Positions 1 through 8,348 are shown, counted from the first letter of the stretch. The stretch is DNA of 64,000 nt from an uncultured bacterium (GCA_938003925.1 CALKWQ010000047.1:1048-65047); one strand, 5' to 3'. Made by a program: numbers and translations. The notes: generated by a model not told the origin, from the sequence alone.

Positions 1-188
1 CCTCCGAATTGATATTCATATTCATCTTTAAGGGTAATACAAGCTGCTAAAAAAATAGCTAAAATAATTAGGAATCTAATTATTTTTTTAAAAGATGGCC
101 TTTTCCAATTTCTCGGATTTAACGCTTTGTAATTAACCTCGGCTTTACAGATTTTAAATTGTAGAATTCTTTTGAAGAAATTGGGCAT
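1..188 (-). CDS. 5' part of a hypothetical membrane protein gene (runs off the window edge)
   Basis: ATG at 188-186 (minus) opens a frame that stays open to position 1: MPNFFKRILQFKICKAEVNYKALNPRNWKRPSFKKIIRFLIILAIFLAACITLKDEYEYQFG. The hydrophobic stretch is TM-like. An extended -10-like TGGTATAAT lies at 218-210. Not in the supplied ORF track because it is truncated. Confidence 0.35.
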   Translation of the reverse strand, partial: MPNFFKRILQFKICKAEVNYKALNPRNWKRPSFKKIIRFLIILAIFLAACITLKDEYEYQFG

Positions 189-235
189 ATTTTATAAAAT
201 TATATAAAAATTATACCATTTTTTGAAAACAGAAA

Positions 236-387
236 ACAGTAATAGGATTAGAACCTAAAATCTACTTTATTTACGCTTTTTTCTTATTTAACTCCAACAA
301 AAAACATGACCTAAATCATGTTTCTTTGTACTTTGGCTAATGTTTAATGCCTTGTGTCACTCTTAAACACCAAAATTTTGTTGGCTC
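236..387 (-). repeat. Diverged third copy of the ~190-bp tRNA-3'-flank module (see 20501-20688 and 21976-22162)
   Basis: The landmarks occur in the same order as in the other copies. They are a T-loop-like ggattagaacc (245-255), tttatttac, and a hairpin aaacatga-N6-tcatgttt (302-323). Then tcttaaacaccaaaattttgttggctc (361-387) follows, differing at 1 of 27 positions from 22111-22137. Confidence 0.6.
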
Positions 388-480
388 TGCAGATTACATA
401 TTTTCAGAATTATATAACATTTTTCCTGCCGTTAAGATTAGTTTAGACAAATTAAAAAGGATTGCCGTGTTTAGCAACCC
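384..480 (-). repeat. Cassette-boundary module copy R1 (75-bp core + terminator hairpin)
   Basis: The core at 384-458 is gctctgcagattacatattttcagaattatata...attagtttagacaaattaaaaa. It is collinear without indels with 1111-1185, 2544-2618 and 3040-3114. The hairpin at 459-480 (minus: GGGTTGC-taaacac-GGCAATCC followed by TTTTTAATTT) sits just after the stop of gene 507..1028. Confidence 0.8.
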
Positions 481-506
481 TTTGTGATAAGCTAATTTCA
501 ATTTAC

Positions 507-1028
507 TTATTCAAATAAAAATTGAAAATAACCTCTCCTGTCTGTGTCGTCATGCCAGTAGGGCAGCTTGCCCCAATGTTCATCAACATTGTCACAAATT
601 TGGACAAATGAGCTACCGGTAACTTTAGCAAGAACAGCTGCGCTTACAGCAGCATCTTCTTCTGCGGTCAGGCCAGATGTTGACGCTCTTAAAAGTCCTT
701 CATTGTCTTCGTGTCCTGGTAGTTCATTAAGAAATACTGAAAGACTGCCAGAAAATTGCATAGTAGCAACATCTTCCGAATTACCTGATGACATATCAGA
801 CAAAATATGCGATCTTACAGCCTTCTCAACAGCAAAAAATCTGGCAGCCTCGGATGGCTCTTTAATGGAAACCATAACCAAGTTTCTTGTTCCCGGCTCC
901 CAAACGATAACCTGTATTCCGGTTCTTTCTTTGTCGTCCGGACGAACACTTTTCGGCATGTTTACAAACTTTTCAAACATTTCTGTGGCAACAGAAATAA
1001 TATCCTGTCTTTTTTCATTCAAATCCAT
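507..1028 (-). CDS. Hypothetical protein, 173 aa (cassette gene)
   Basis: Clean ORF with an AGGAG ribosome-binding site 7-8 nt upstream of the ATG at 1028. It has its own TTGACA promoter and downstream terminator. GC is visibly higher than in neighbouring cassettes. No family recognised. Confidence 0.6.
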   Translation of the reverse strand: MDLNEKRQDIISVATEMFEKFVNMPKSVRPDDKERTGIQVIVWEPGTRNLVMVSIKEPSEAARFFAVEKAVRSHILSDMSSGNSEDVATMQFSGSLSVFLNELPGHEDNEGLLRASTSGLTAEEDAAVSAAVLAKVTGSSFVQICDNVDEHWGKLPYWHDDTDRRGYFQFLFE

Positions 1029-1076
1029 TTTCTGATCTCCTATTTTTAGTTAAACAAATTGTTAATGTAATAAAAA

Positions 1077-1106
1077 ATAATACCATAAAGATATTATTCT
1101 TGTCAA
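1077..1106 (-). promoter_or_regulatory. Sigma-70-type promoter for gene 507..1028
   Basis: Minus strand reads TTGACA (1106-1101), an 18-nt spacer, then TATTAT (1082-1077). The spacer and -10 form the inverted repeat AATAATA/TATTATT. Confidence 0.55.
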
Positions 1107-1110
1107 TAGA

Positions 1111-1185
1111 GCTCCCCAGATTACATATTTTCAGAACTATGTAATATATTCCCTGCCCTTATGATTAGTTTGGGTAAATTAATAA
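1111..1185 (-). repeat. Cassette-boundary module copy R2 (75-bp core, no terminator hairpin)
   Basis: gctccccagattacatattttcagaactatgtaatatattccctgc...attagtttgggtaaattaataa. It is collinear with R1, R3 and R4 and starts 14 nt after the stop of gene 1199..2362. Confidence 0.75.
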
Positions 1186-1198
1186 GAATTTAGTTAAA

Positions 1199-2362
1199 TT
1201 AAGTCGTTTTAAATTCTTTTTCATGCAAGTTATAGTTCCATTTATCATGATAGTAGGTATCGTTACTATTTTCAGCAATTTCATTAAAGATACGCTTGAA
1301 GAATTCAGGCTTTGTGGTATTGATAAATTGCCTGGAATCTTCAGATAGCTTACCCTTCTTATACAGATCAATTAATTGTTTATAGTGATCATCAGTAAAT
1401 TCTTCACCATATTTCTTTAAACCTAAAGACTCCATTTCCGCCTCTAGTACTTGCTTGCGAGCATAACGTTCTTCTTGACTATTAAAATAATTACCCAAAA
1501 TCCTTTTTGTTTCCTCTAAATCCTTAACGCTAGTATTTTTAAGATAATCTTTAAATTCAGGCTCATCCCAATTAATTTTTTTACCAGAATGGCCTATTAA
1601 CCTATTTGCCTTACGAGAATAATTACGACCATCAACTAATTTATGGCCAATCACTTCATGTTCAACTACAAAGTCATGCTTTTCACTGTTTTTGGGCAGA
1701 ACGACGGAAAATCTTTTTTCATCGCTTGTATAATTAGCTTCATTATCTGCTAAATAATAACCGCCCATCTCTAAATTATTTAATCTTTTTAATTGATGTT
1801 CTTTAGCCGTCTCCATGTCCACATTGTACTCAACCATTAGTTTTTCAAGATATTCGGGACTAGCAATATGCTCTGCCAAAAGTTTGATCTTAGCATCGTA
1901 ATATTCAAAATCTTTCTTATTTTGAATAAAATCTTCTTGCTCAAAGTGAACATTACCAACATTTTTTGTTTCTAAATTAGGATTTTTTAAATATTCTTCA
2001 TAGGCGCTAATGAGCGATTGAATCTCATCTAAATTTTCTACCGAAAGACGTCTTCTCGCTTTTTCTAGAGCTTCTTTTACCCTTTCTATATTATAAGATA
2101 ATAAGCTGTCGGGATTCTCTTGTCGATATCTAACATCAGCTCCGATATAATTCTTCTTCGATAAATCATACTCTCTCTCTACGGGCTGTTCAGGATGAGA
2201 ATATTCTTTATTAATTGTATCCTGATTCTTATCTATTTGCTCCTGAGCTTGAGCTTCTCCCGCAATAATACCAACACCAATACCAGCTATTAGGGCTCCT
2301 TTTCTAAGAATTCTTTCTCCCCGTTCCTTTCCTTTGTGCACAAATGATTCAAATTTAAACAT
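1199..2362 (-). CDS. Hypothetical membrane-anchored or secreted protein, 387 aa (cassette gene)
   Basis: N-terminal hydrophobic segment ALIAGIGVGIIAG followed by a long hydrophilic region. It contains VVEHEVIGH, which is HExxxH-like rather than canonical HExxH. No family recognised. Confidence 0.6.
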   Translation of the reverse strand: MFKFESFVHKGKERGERILRKGALIAGIGVGIIAGEAQAQEQIDKNQDTINKEYSHPEQPVEREYDLSKKNYIGADVRYRQENPDSLLSYNIERVKEALEKARRRLSVENLDEIQSLISAYEEYLKNPNLETKNVGNVHFEQEDFIQNKKDFEYYDAKIKLLAEHIASPEYLEKLMVEYNVDMETAKEHQLKRLNNLEMGGYYLADNEANYTSDEKRFSVVLPKNSEKHDFVVEHEVIGHKLVDGRNYSRKANRLIGHSGKKINWDEPEFKDYLKNTSVKDLEETKRILGNYFNSQEERYARKQVLEAEMESLGLKKYGEEFTDDHYKQLIDLYKKGKLSEDSRQFINTTKPEFFKRIFNEIAENSNDTYYHDKWNYNLHEKEFKTT

Positions 2363-2543
2363 ATGTTTGTATTATAATATGACTATATTATAGCTTAATT
2401 TTGTAAAATTTAAAATTAATTAGTACATTCAATGTTGAAGTACAATACCTGCCTTTTCATAAAATAACTTTATAACGCCAAAAAGTTCTATCTCCCATCC
2501 GGGGTATAACAAAAAACCCAATATTAATGGGGTTTTTAGCTTA

Positions 2544-2645
2544 GCTCTGCGAATTACATATTTTCAGAATTATATAATATATTCCCTGCTATAAAAATTA
2601 GTTTAGATAAATTAAAAACCCTGAAACTTTTTTGTCTCAGGGTTT
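2544..2645 (-). repeat. Cassette-boundary module copy R3 (75-bp core + different terminator hairpin)
   Basis: Core at 2544-2618. The hairpin at 2617-2645 reads on the minus strand AACCCTGA-N11-TCAGGGTT followed by TTTT, after the stop of gene 2664..2960. A second hairpin with a T-run (AAACCC-N9-GGGTTTTTT on minus) lies at ~2513-2537. Confidence 0.75.
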
Positions 2646-2663
2646 AACTAAAAAATAATTGGC

Positions 2664-2960
2664 TTATTCACATTTATCACGAATCATCAAATCTTTGTCT
2701 TCGCGTATAATCACCCAACCATTTTCTAAGAGCGTTTTCGTGAAATATCCCAGTTGAAAATTTAAAACGCTATCAATTACGATATCTGTAACGAATTTGG
2801 AATTTTTTTCACTATAACGATGACTCTCTACCATGCCGAAGTAATTTTCCACGGCTTCAAAAGCTGTTTCTCGAGGCAGCACAAATGGTAAGCTGTCTTC
2901 TTTTTCAAATATAATCCAACAATGAACAGGATTATTTACTCTTAACTGAATTGATTTCAT
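2664..2960 (-). CDS. Hypothetical protein, 98 aa (cassette gene)
   Basis: The track ORF 2664..3035 starts at a TTG that is really the TTGACA -35 box. The first ATG (MKSIQLRVNN) is at 2960, downstream of the promoter at 3007-3035. Confidence 0.55.
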   Translation of the reverse strand: MKSIQLRVNNPVHCWIIFEKEDSLPFVLPRETAFEAVENYFGMVESHRYSEKNSKFVTDIVIDSVLNFQLGYFTKTLLENGWVIIREDKDLMIRDKCE

Positions 2961-3006
2961 TATCTTGATTTTAAGGTTCAACAATACTATTTTAACTAAC
3001 AAAAAA

Positions 3007-3035
3007 AGTATACCATACAGTATACTTTTTGTCAA
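3007..3035 (-). promoter_or_regulatory. Sigma-70-type promoter for gene 2664..2960
   Basis: Minus strand reads TTGACA (3035-3030), a 17-nt spacer, then TATACT (3012-3007). This is the same architecture as the core infA-operon promoter at 59907-59935. The spacer and -10 form the palindrome AGTATAC/GTATACT flanked by A5/T5. Confidence 0.6.
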
Positions 3036-3039
3036 CAGA

Positions 3040-3136
3040 GCTCTGCAGATTATATATTTTCAGAGTTATATAATATATTTCCTGCTGTTAAATTAAGTTT
3101 AGACAAATTAAAAAGGATTGTCGTGTTTGACAATCC
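3040..3136 (-). repeat. Cassette-boundary module copy R4 (75-bp core + terminator hairpin homologous to R1)
   Basis: Core at 3040-3114. The hairpin at 3115-3136 reads on the minus strand GGATTGTC-aaacac-GACAATCC followed by TTTTTAATTT, after the stop of gene 3157..3516. Confidence 0.8.
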
Positions 3137-3156
3137 CCTTAAATAAATTCTTGTTT

Positions 3157-3516
3157 TTAATTAACCGGTGGGGTGTAGCGACAAGAATAGTATTCTACCG
3201 AAAAAGATGGCTTTAACTCCTCAATTTTTCTGATGGCTAAAGCCTCGTCGAAAAAATTACCAGATTTTTCCCTGAGCACATCCTCGCTCACATTTCCGTC
3301 TTTTGCCAAACTTCTCGCCTCTTCAGTAAGTTCAACAATTACTTCAGCCGTAGGGTCAATATACTTTTTAAGGCCACCATCAATTTTCTCATAAACAGTA
3401 ATAATACTGCTTGAAGGCTCAATGGCTATACCAAAGGTTAAAACTGGTAATATATAATCCATAAAAAACTTTTCAATCTCGGCGTTTCTTTCACCGCCCT
3501 TAAGTATTACTTTCAT
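3157..3516 (-). CDS. Hypothetical protein, 119 aa (cassette gene)
   Basis: Strong Shine-Dalgarno (AGGAGG) about 8 nt upstream of the ATG at 3516. It has its own promoter and terminator. No family recognised. Confidence 0.6.
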   Translation of the reverse strand: MKVILKGGERNAEIEKFFMDYILPVLTFGIAIEPSSSIITVYEKIDGGLKKYIDPTAEVIVELTEEARSLAKDGNVSEDVLREKSGNFFDEALAIRKIEELKPSFSVEYYSCRYTPPVN

Positions 3517-3567
3517 TATAAAGTCCTCCTATTTTATGTTGTTAATATGCGATTTGATAACACAAAA

Positions 3568-3596
3568 AGCATACTATAATGTATGCTTTTTGTCAA
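3568..3596 (-). promoter_or_regulatory. Sigma-70-type promoter for gene 3157..3516
   Basis: Minus strand reads TTGACA (3596-3591), a 17-nt spacer, then TATGCT (3573-3568). The spacer and -10 form the palindrome AGCATAC-tataat-GTATGCT flanked by A5/T5. Confidence 0.55.
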
Positions 3597-3600
3597 TAGA

Positions 3601-3635
3601 GCTCCCCGTGTCAGATTAGAACCTTGAATTCGGGG
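3601..3635 (-). repeat. tRNA-3'-end-like remnant (module copy R5, truncated)
   Basis: Minus strand reads CCCCGAATTCAAGGTTCTAATCTGACACGGGGAGC, followed by TCTATTGACA exactly as in R2. GGTTCTAATC resembles a T-loop and ...GGGGAGC an acceptor 3' strand. Compare the real tRNA end GGGTTCGAATCCCACCCTGGGAGCCA. Confidence 0.5.
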
Positions 3636-3784
3636 ATTTATAAGGGGTTTAAGTGGACTATTTAGATGGCAAAATAACGGAAGTCGGTCGGGGTTTCGAG
3701 GGGAAAAATGGGACAAATGGGACAGTACAAAGGTCTTATTTTATTGACTATTTGACAGAATAAGAAAATATTTGTAATAAAAAA

Positions 3785-6481
3785 TTATATTTTAAATTTA
3801 GCCTTCAATAAATGCACATCCCTTTTATTAAATTTTTTAACAAGATTATTTAATATTTTATTCCCTATTTCCGGGGTCCAATATATTTTTAATTTTTCCT
3901 TTGATCTGGTGATTGCTGTATAAAAAATATTATGGGAAATCATTTCTTCTGTTTCATCAGTAATGACAATCTTGACAGAGTTATATTCCAACCCCTGCGC
4001 CTTATGTATAGAAACGGCGTAAGCTACCTGAAAAGGAACGACAGAACTTGAATTGTCACCATCATCATCGGTGCTTTTTAATTTATTCACAGAAAATCTA
4101 ATTACAGATTTATTATTTTTTGATTCTCCTAACAGCTCTAATCCATCATAAGCCACCACATTCATTTCATTTATAGACTTATCAATCTCGATATCAAACT
4201 GCACAATATCACCAAGAACATTTATGCCAAATATTTTTCCTTTAAGATTATTGTGGATTAAAGGACTAAATCTATTAGATTCATTAAATAATATAGGGTC
4301 GCCGACTTTATAAGTATGAATACCCCATTGATAAGACTTATTTCCATTATTGCCCTGCAAGAATCTATTTACATTATTTATTCCATATAACCCATCATAA
4401 TTTAAACACAAAATTATTTCATCATCTTCCGAGCTCTCAAATATAGTTTCATCCAAACATTGTGAATAATGATTATTTACTAAATATTCAGCTATATCAT
4501 CTTCAATATTTCTAACTTTCTCCCATAAAGTAAGCAGGTCTTTGTTTTTCGTTCTGTGCGGTGTAGTAAGCTCAAAAACTGATGTCTTAGGAAGAAATGA
4601 TCTCGCTATTCCAAACCAATTTCCAAATAAAATAGATTCAATTTGGTAATCATCCCCAACTAAAACCAACAATGTAAAGCTTGCTTTCTTTAAAATACCT
4701 AGCATGTCAGAATTACTTACCGTACTGCACTCATCAATAATTAATAAATCAAATTCTAAGTCTTGACCACTTTTTAAAAAGCTCGCTATTGTTTGAAATT
4801 TGGAATTGCCAACATTAATTCTTCTTTCTAAATTTTGAACGGCGGGGTGGGTATTGGCTAGAAAAAGCTTCCTTTCGTCCTTATAGAAATTAGAAATATG
4901 GTTTATGAGTCTTGTCTTTCCAGTACCAGCAGATCCATATATCATTCCAACACAGGAATTTGCAAATACATTTCTGAGAATACCTTTTTTTTCTTCGCAA
5001 TCAACTCCGTGACTATCTGACTGAAGCCATGAATCAATAGAGTTGGAATAATTTTTAATTCCAAAAACAGATAACTCTTTTAATTTTTCTATTATATGAA
5101 GTGCGTCATCCTCATATTCTTTTATATAAACAAAATCTTTATATTTTTCTAGTTTGCGACTTCCGTGTCCACTCCATAATTTATGATTATACGCACTAAT
5201 TTTATTTTCGATATCTTCTATATTTACTAATTCTTTAAGATTCGTATATAGCTGTCCTTTTTGCTCTGTGTTGTTTTTAATTATTCTTGCTAAAAATTCG
5301 TGTTCTCGATTTTCCGTATTAATACAGTCAATTACATCAGTAATCTTAGCACAATGATTAATGGGCATGCTAACAAGCGGCATATCATCAAACGGTTTAC
5401 ATCCCCATTTTAAATTCAAATTTGATAGCCCAGGACATATATTGTTATTATATTGTGGTTTAAGTATTCTGTTATTAAGTTTATATAATAGGTATCTTAA
5501 AATATTACTGCCAGGACTATCTGCTTTTATTAATCTACGACTTTTGTCCAGAATATCAAAAAAATGATTAGCTTTTGCACTTTTTAAAACAGCATTTTTG
5601 AAACGTTGATAATATTCATCAGAAAATTCAATAACATCAACCAAATTCAATCCAGTCGTTGTTAAAAGTGACATTAAATTACTAGATTCACTTGAAGTGT
5701 CAGATAAGTTTGAATGTTTACCAAATATATCAGCAAAGTGATTAAGTTCACACGGACGAATTGCAACACTCCAATTATCAATTATTTGAATCGGCATTGT
5801 TTTACCAAAAACCTCAATAACATCATTGCGGATAATAAGTCTTACCGAATAGTTTGATAATATATCTAATTTAGTAAACGCAATAACTCTGTCAAATTTA
5901 CTCGTATCATCAATAGCTGTTGTAAAAGTTATTTCATAATACACTTCATTATTAACAAAAAATGGTTTAACTTTTCTTATATAATACCTATCGCTGTAAT
6001 CATTTTTTTCTCCTTTTAAAACCGGCTGATTGATTTTTTTAGCAATCTTCTCATAATAATCTTGAAGTGCAGTATCAATTTTAATAGGAAAACTACTAAT
6101 ATTTTCCAAGACATCAAAATTATATTTCTGTTTTAAAAATGATTTAATTTTTAAAAGATATTCATAATACTTGAGCATTAATCTTTCAGCCCCATCTTCA
6201 TCTGGTAAATAATGGGAAACTGTTTTTTGAAGAAACTTGTGAAATTTTTTTAAAAACTGCAAATCGGCTTTTGTAGAAATATACAATTTAGCTTTATTTT
6301 GAAAAATTTTATAACTATATTCACTTTCTCCACAAGCTTTTACGGCGACCGCTTCCACAAAAGTTCTTAGTTGCCCTAAAATAGTTTGCGAGAAAAAACC
6401 TCTTTCGTCAGATTTAAGGTTTTTAATAATATTACATATTGCGTCAGAAGATGTTCTGATTTGCTCATCGGTTTTTCTCAT
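3785..6481 (-). CDS. SF1 (RecD/Dda-like) helicase with a large unassigned N-terminal region, 898 aa
   Basis: The C-terminal ~380 aa carry Walker A GSAGTGKT, Walker B LLIIDECS, VLVGDDYQ, TTPHRTKN, SIHKAQGLEYNSV and FYTAITRSKEKL (AAA_30 / UvrD_C_2-type pattern). The first ~520 aa carry no motif I recognise. The track start at 6490 is GTG; the first ATG is at 6481. Confidence 0.8.
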   Translation of the reverse strand: MRKTDEQIRTSSDAICNIIKNLKSDERGFFSQTILGQLRTFVEAVAVKACGESEYSYKIFQNKAKLYISTKADLQFLKKFHKFLQKTVSHYLPDEDGAERLMLKYYEYLLKIKSFLKQKYNFDVLENISSFPIKIDTALQDYYEKIAKKINQPVLKGEKNDYSDRYYIRKVKPFFVNNEVYYEITFTTAIDDTSKFDRVIAFTKLDILSNYSVRLIIRNDVIEVFGKTMPIQIIDNWSVAIRPCELNHFADIFGKHSNLSDTSSESSNLMSLLTTTGLNLVDVIEFSDEYYQRFKNAVLKSAKANHFFDILDKSRRLIKADSPGSNILRYLLYKLNNRILKPQYNNNICPGLSNLNLKWGCKPFDDMPLVSMPINHCAKITDVIDCINTENREHEFLARIIKNNTEQKGQLYTNLKELVNIEDIENKISAYNHKLWSGHGSRKLEKYKDFVYIKEYEDDALHIIEKLKELSVFGIKNYSNSIDSWLQSDSHGVDCEEKKGILRNVFANSCVGMIYGSAGTGKTRLINHISNFYKDERKLFLANTHPAVQNLERRINVGNSKFQTIASFLKSGQDLEFDLLIIDECSTVSNSDMLGILKKASFTLLVLVGDDYQIESILFGNWFGIARSFLPKTSVFELTTPHRTKNKDLLTLWEKVRNIEDDIAEYLVNNHYSQCLDETIFESSEDDEIILCLNYDGLYGINNVNRFLQGNNGNKSYQWGIHTYKVGDPILFNESNRFSPLIHNNLKGKIFGINVLGDIVQFDIEIDKSINEMNVVAYDGLELLGESKNNKSVIRFSVNKLKSTDDDGDNSSSVVPFQVAYAVSIHKAQGLEYNSVKIVITDETEEMISHNIFYTAITRSKEKLKIYWTPEIGNKILNNLVKKFNKRDVHLLKAKFKI

Positions 6482-6483
6482 AT

Positions 6484-6639
6484 TTAACACATTGAATCAT
6501 TTTTTGGGGGGATAATTTTACCGTCCTTAATCTCATAGCCTTCTTTAATTAAACGGACATGAATCTGCTTTAGCGCATTATAGAATCCAGCAAAATTTTC
6601 TATTTCTTTTTCAGTAAATATATCCTTATTTTTCTTCAT
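6484..6639 (-). CDS. Unannotated micro-ORF, 51 aa, between the DUF6119-like and helicase genes
   Basis: Own translation: MKKNKDIFTEKEIENFAGFYNALKQIHVRLIKEGYEIKDGKIIPPKNDSMC. It starts 10 nt after the upstream stop and ends 2 nt before the helicase ATG, filling the only gap in the operon. It is below the ORF-track length cut-off and has no clear Shine-Dalgarno. Confidence 0.35.
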   Translation of the reverse strand: MKKNKDIFTEKEIENFAGFYNALKQIHVRLIKEGYEIKDGKIIPPKNDSMC

Positions 6640-6649
6640 AGTGTTTTTG

Positions 6650-8344
6650 CTATATCTTTATTTTTTTATCTTCGACTTTTTCAAAATCTATTTTTATTAT
6701 ACCGGCTTTATAATTTCTTTTTTCCAAATCCATTATAGCTTTTCTTAAAGATATCATACTAAATATCGGCAAATTGTTAGTGACTCTGCCTTCCCTTTGA
6801 GATGCGATAGCAAAAATATATTTAATTTTAGATCTTTCATCTAATTTTATTCTAAAATCGCTTTTTACCATATCAATAACCGTTTTTTTATAATTTTCAT
6901 CATCTGCTAATAATTCAGCCGACACGGTTCCTTGAAAAAATAAATGACTGAGGGCGGTTGAAGATTTCTTATATGTTTTAACACAAACAAATTCTCGCTC
7001 TTTAGTGAGTATGTCACAAATTTCAACTGACGCTTTTTTGCCTTTTATTTTTTTTCTGAATAAATCACAATCAAATTTATAGACTGATTTTTTATATAAA
7101 TCCTTTATTCTATCATTGTAGTCTCCCTCATTTTCTATCTTTAATTTTTCCTTGCCCTTTTTCTTATAATATCTAAATTTCATCAACGGCAATTCTATGG
7201 ATAATTTAGTATTCTTTTCTTTTTTTTCTAAAAATTTAAACAATTTGTCATAATAATCTTTTGCTATTAAATACAGCTGATTATTTATATAAATATATTT
7301 TTTTCCTCCTTTTTCTAATTCAAAAACTAAGTAGTCAAATAAATTATATCTTCGTTTTACTTTTGGTTTGCGATAAGTCTCTCCATTCTCGTCTAACAGC
7401 TCTATTTTAATTTTATCGAGATCATCTATCTTAATATTTGAAAAACCTTTCTCATTTAAAAAACCAAATAACTCCTCGATGTTTATATCGTTTAAATATT
7501 TACTTCTATTGTTTAAAATAATTTTATAATTGCAAAAATCATATTCCTCGATTTCCGGATACGCCAAAACTAATTTGGTGTTATCCCTATCATTAATAGC
7601 TTTTACTATCTTTTTTTTCATTTCAAAATAGACTGCGCTATCATTAATCTTTTTTAAATCATCTATAAAATCAAAACCATTGCTAATATATCTTTTCTGC
7701 TTATAAAGAACCAGCAATTCTTTACAAAAATTTAATATTTCTTTTATGTCAAAACGCTTTACAATATTTAGAGATTCTCCACCCTTCATTTTTAAAGCAA
7801 ACTCTGCAGGAGATTTCCCGGATATAGCTTTTAAAAAGTCCTCTCCCGAATCAAAGTCAAAATCTTGCAACGAAGAATTCGAACTTGAAACTTCTCTTTT
7901 TTGATGAGATGCTAATGTTAAATTTCTCGCGTCAACAGACCTCAAAGCCTTGTCTTCAACTTTATTTAAAGCAACTTTTAATCCAAAATCATTTTCTACT
8001 CGATCTTTTAATATTTTTGTATGGCCAAAACTAGTAGTTAAAACTAAAATTCTATTATTCACTTCAATATAAATTATAAGTGCATATATGGAGTTTCTTA
8101 TATTACTGAGATCAAAAATATCACCAAATGAATTTACCCAGTTTGGCATTTTTTCATTATTTCTATAAAGATATGCTTTTGCCTGTCCATTAAAACCATT
8201 AAACATTTTTTCATATTTTTTTGGTACTATGTCTTTTATATCGTTTAGTTTTTTATATCTGTCTTTCAATAAAAAAACTGTTAAATAGTGTTTTTTCTCT
8301 TTTTTTATTTTTGATGACATATATTTTTGGTTAGTATATGACAA
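6650..8344 (-). CDS. Large uncharacterised protein, probably of the TIGR04141/DUF6119 'sporadically distributed' family, 556-564 aa
   Basis: The block ...LVLTTSFGHTKILKDRVENDFGLKVALNKVEDKALRSVDARNLTLASHQKREVSSSNSSLQDFDFDSGEDFLKAISGK matches my memory of the conserved core of that family. The length also fits. This needs an HMM check. The start is TTG at 8344 or ATG at 8320. Confidence 0.6.
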   Translation of the reverse strand: MSYTNQKYMSSKIKKEKKHYLTVFLLKDRYKKLNDIKDIVPKKYEKMFNGFNGQAKAYLYRNNEKMPNWVNSFGDIFDLSNIRNSIYALIIYIEVNNRILVLTTSFGHTKILKDRVENDFGLKVALNKVEDKALRSVDARNLTLASHQKREVSSSNSSLQDFDFDSGEDFLKAISGKSPAEFALKMKGGESLNIVKRFDIKEILNFCKELLVLYKQKRYISNGFDFIDDLKKINDSAVYFEMKKKIVKAINDRDNTKLVLAYPEIEEYDFCNYKIILNNRSKYLNDINIEELFGFLNEKGFSNIKIDDLDKIKIELLDENGETYRKPKVKRRYNLFDYLVFELEKGGKKYIYINNQLYLIAKDYYDKLFKFLEKKEKNTKLSIELPLMKFRYYKKKGKEKLKIENEGDYNDRIKDLYKKSVYKFDCDLFRKKIKGKKASVEICDILTKEREFVCVKTYKKSSTALSHLFFQGTVSAELLADDENYKKTVIDMVKSDFRIKLDERSKIKYIFAIASQREGRVTNNLPIFSMISLRKAIMDLEKRNYKAGIIKIDFEKVEDKKIKI

Positions 8345-8348
8345 TTCT

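Noticed and set aside
1199-2362. Calling the 387-aa cassette protein a zinc metalloprotease from HEVIGH
   Set aside because: The motif is HExxxH, not HExxH, and no third ligand or Met-turn context is recognisable. It is left as hypothetical.
384-3136. Regularly spaced repeats that might suggest a CRISPR array
   Set aside because: The repeat units are 75-100 bp rather than ~25-40 bp. The 'spacers' are 0.3-1.2-kb protein-coding genes with their own promoters and terminators. No cas genes are present.
384-3635. A classical integron (IntI + attI + attC cassettes)
   Set aside because: No tyrosine recombinase (IntI) gene is present in the window. The repeats lack the R''-L''/L'-R' imperfect palindrome and GTTRRRY core of attC sites. 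The cassettes carry their own promoters, unlike typical integron cassettes. The integron-like accretion logic is kept only as an analogy.
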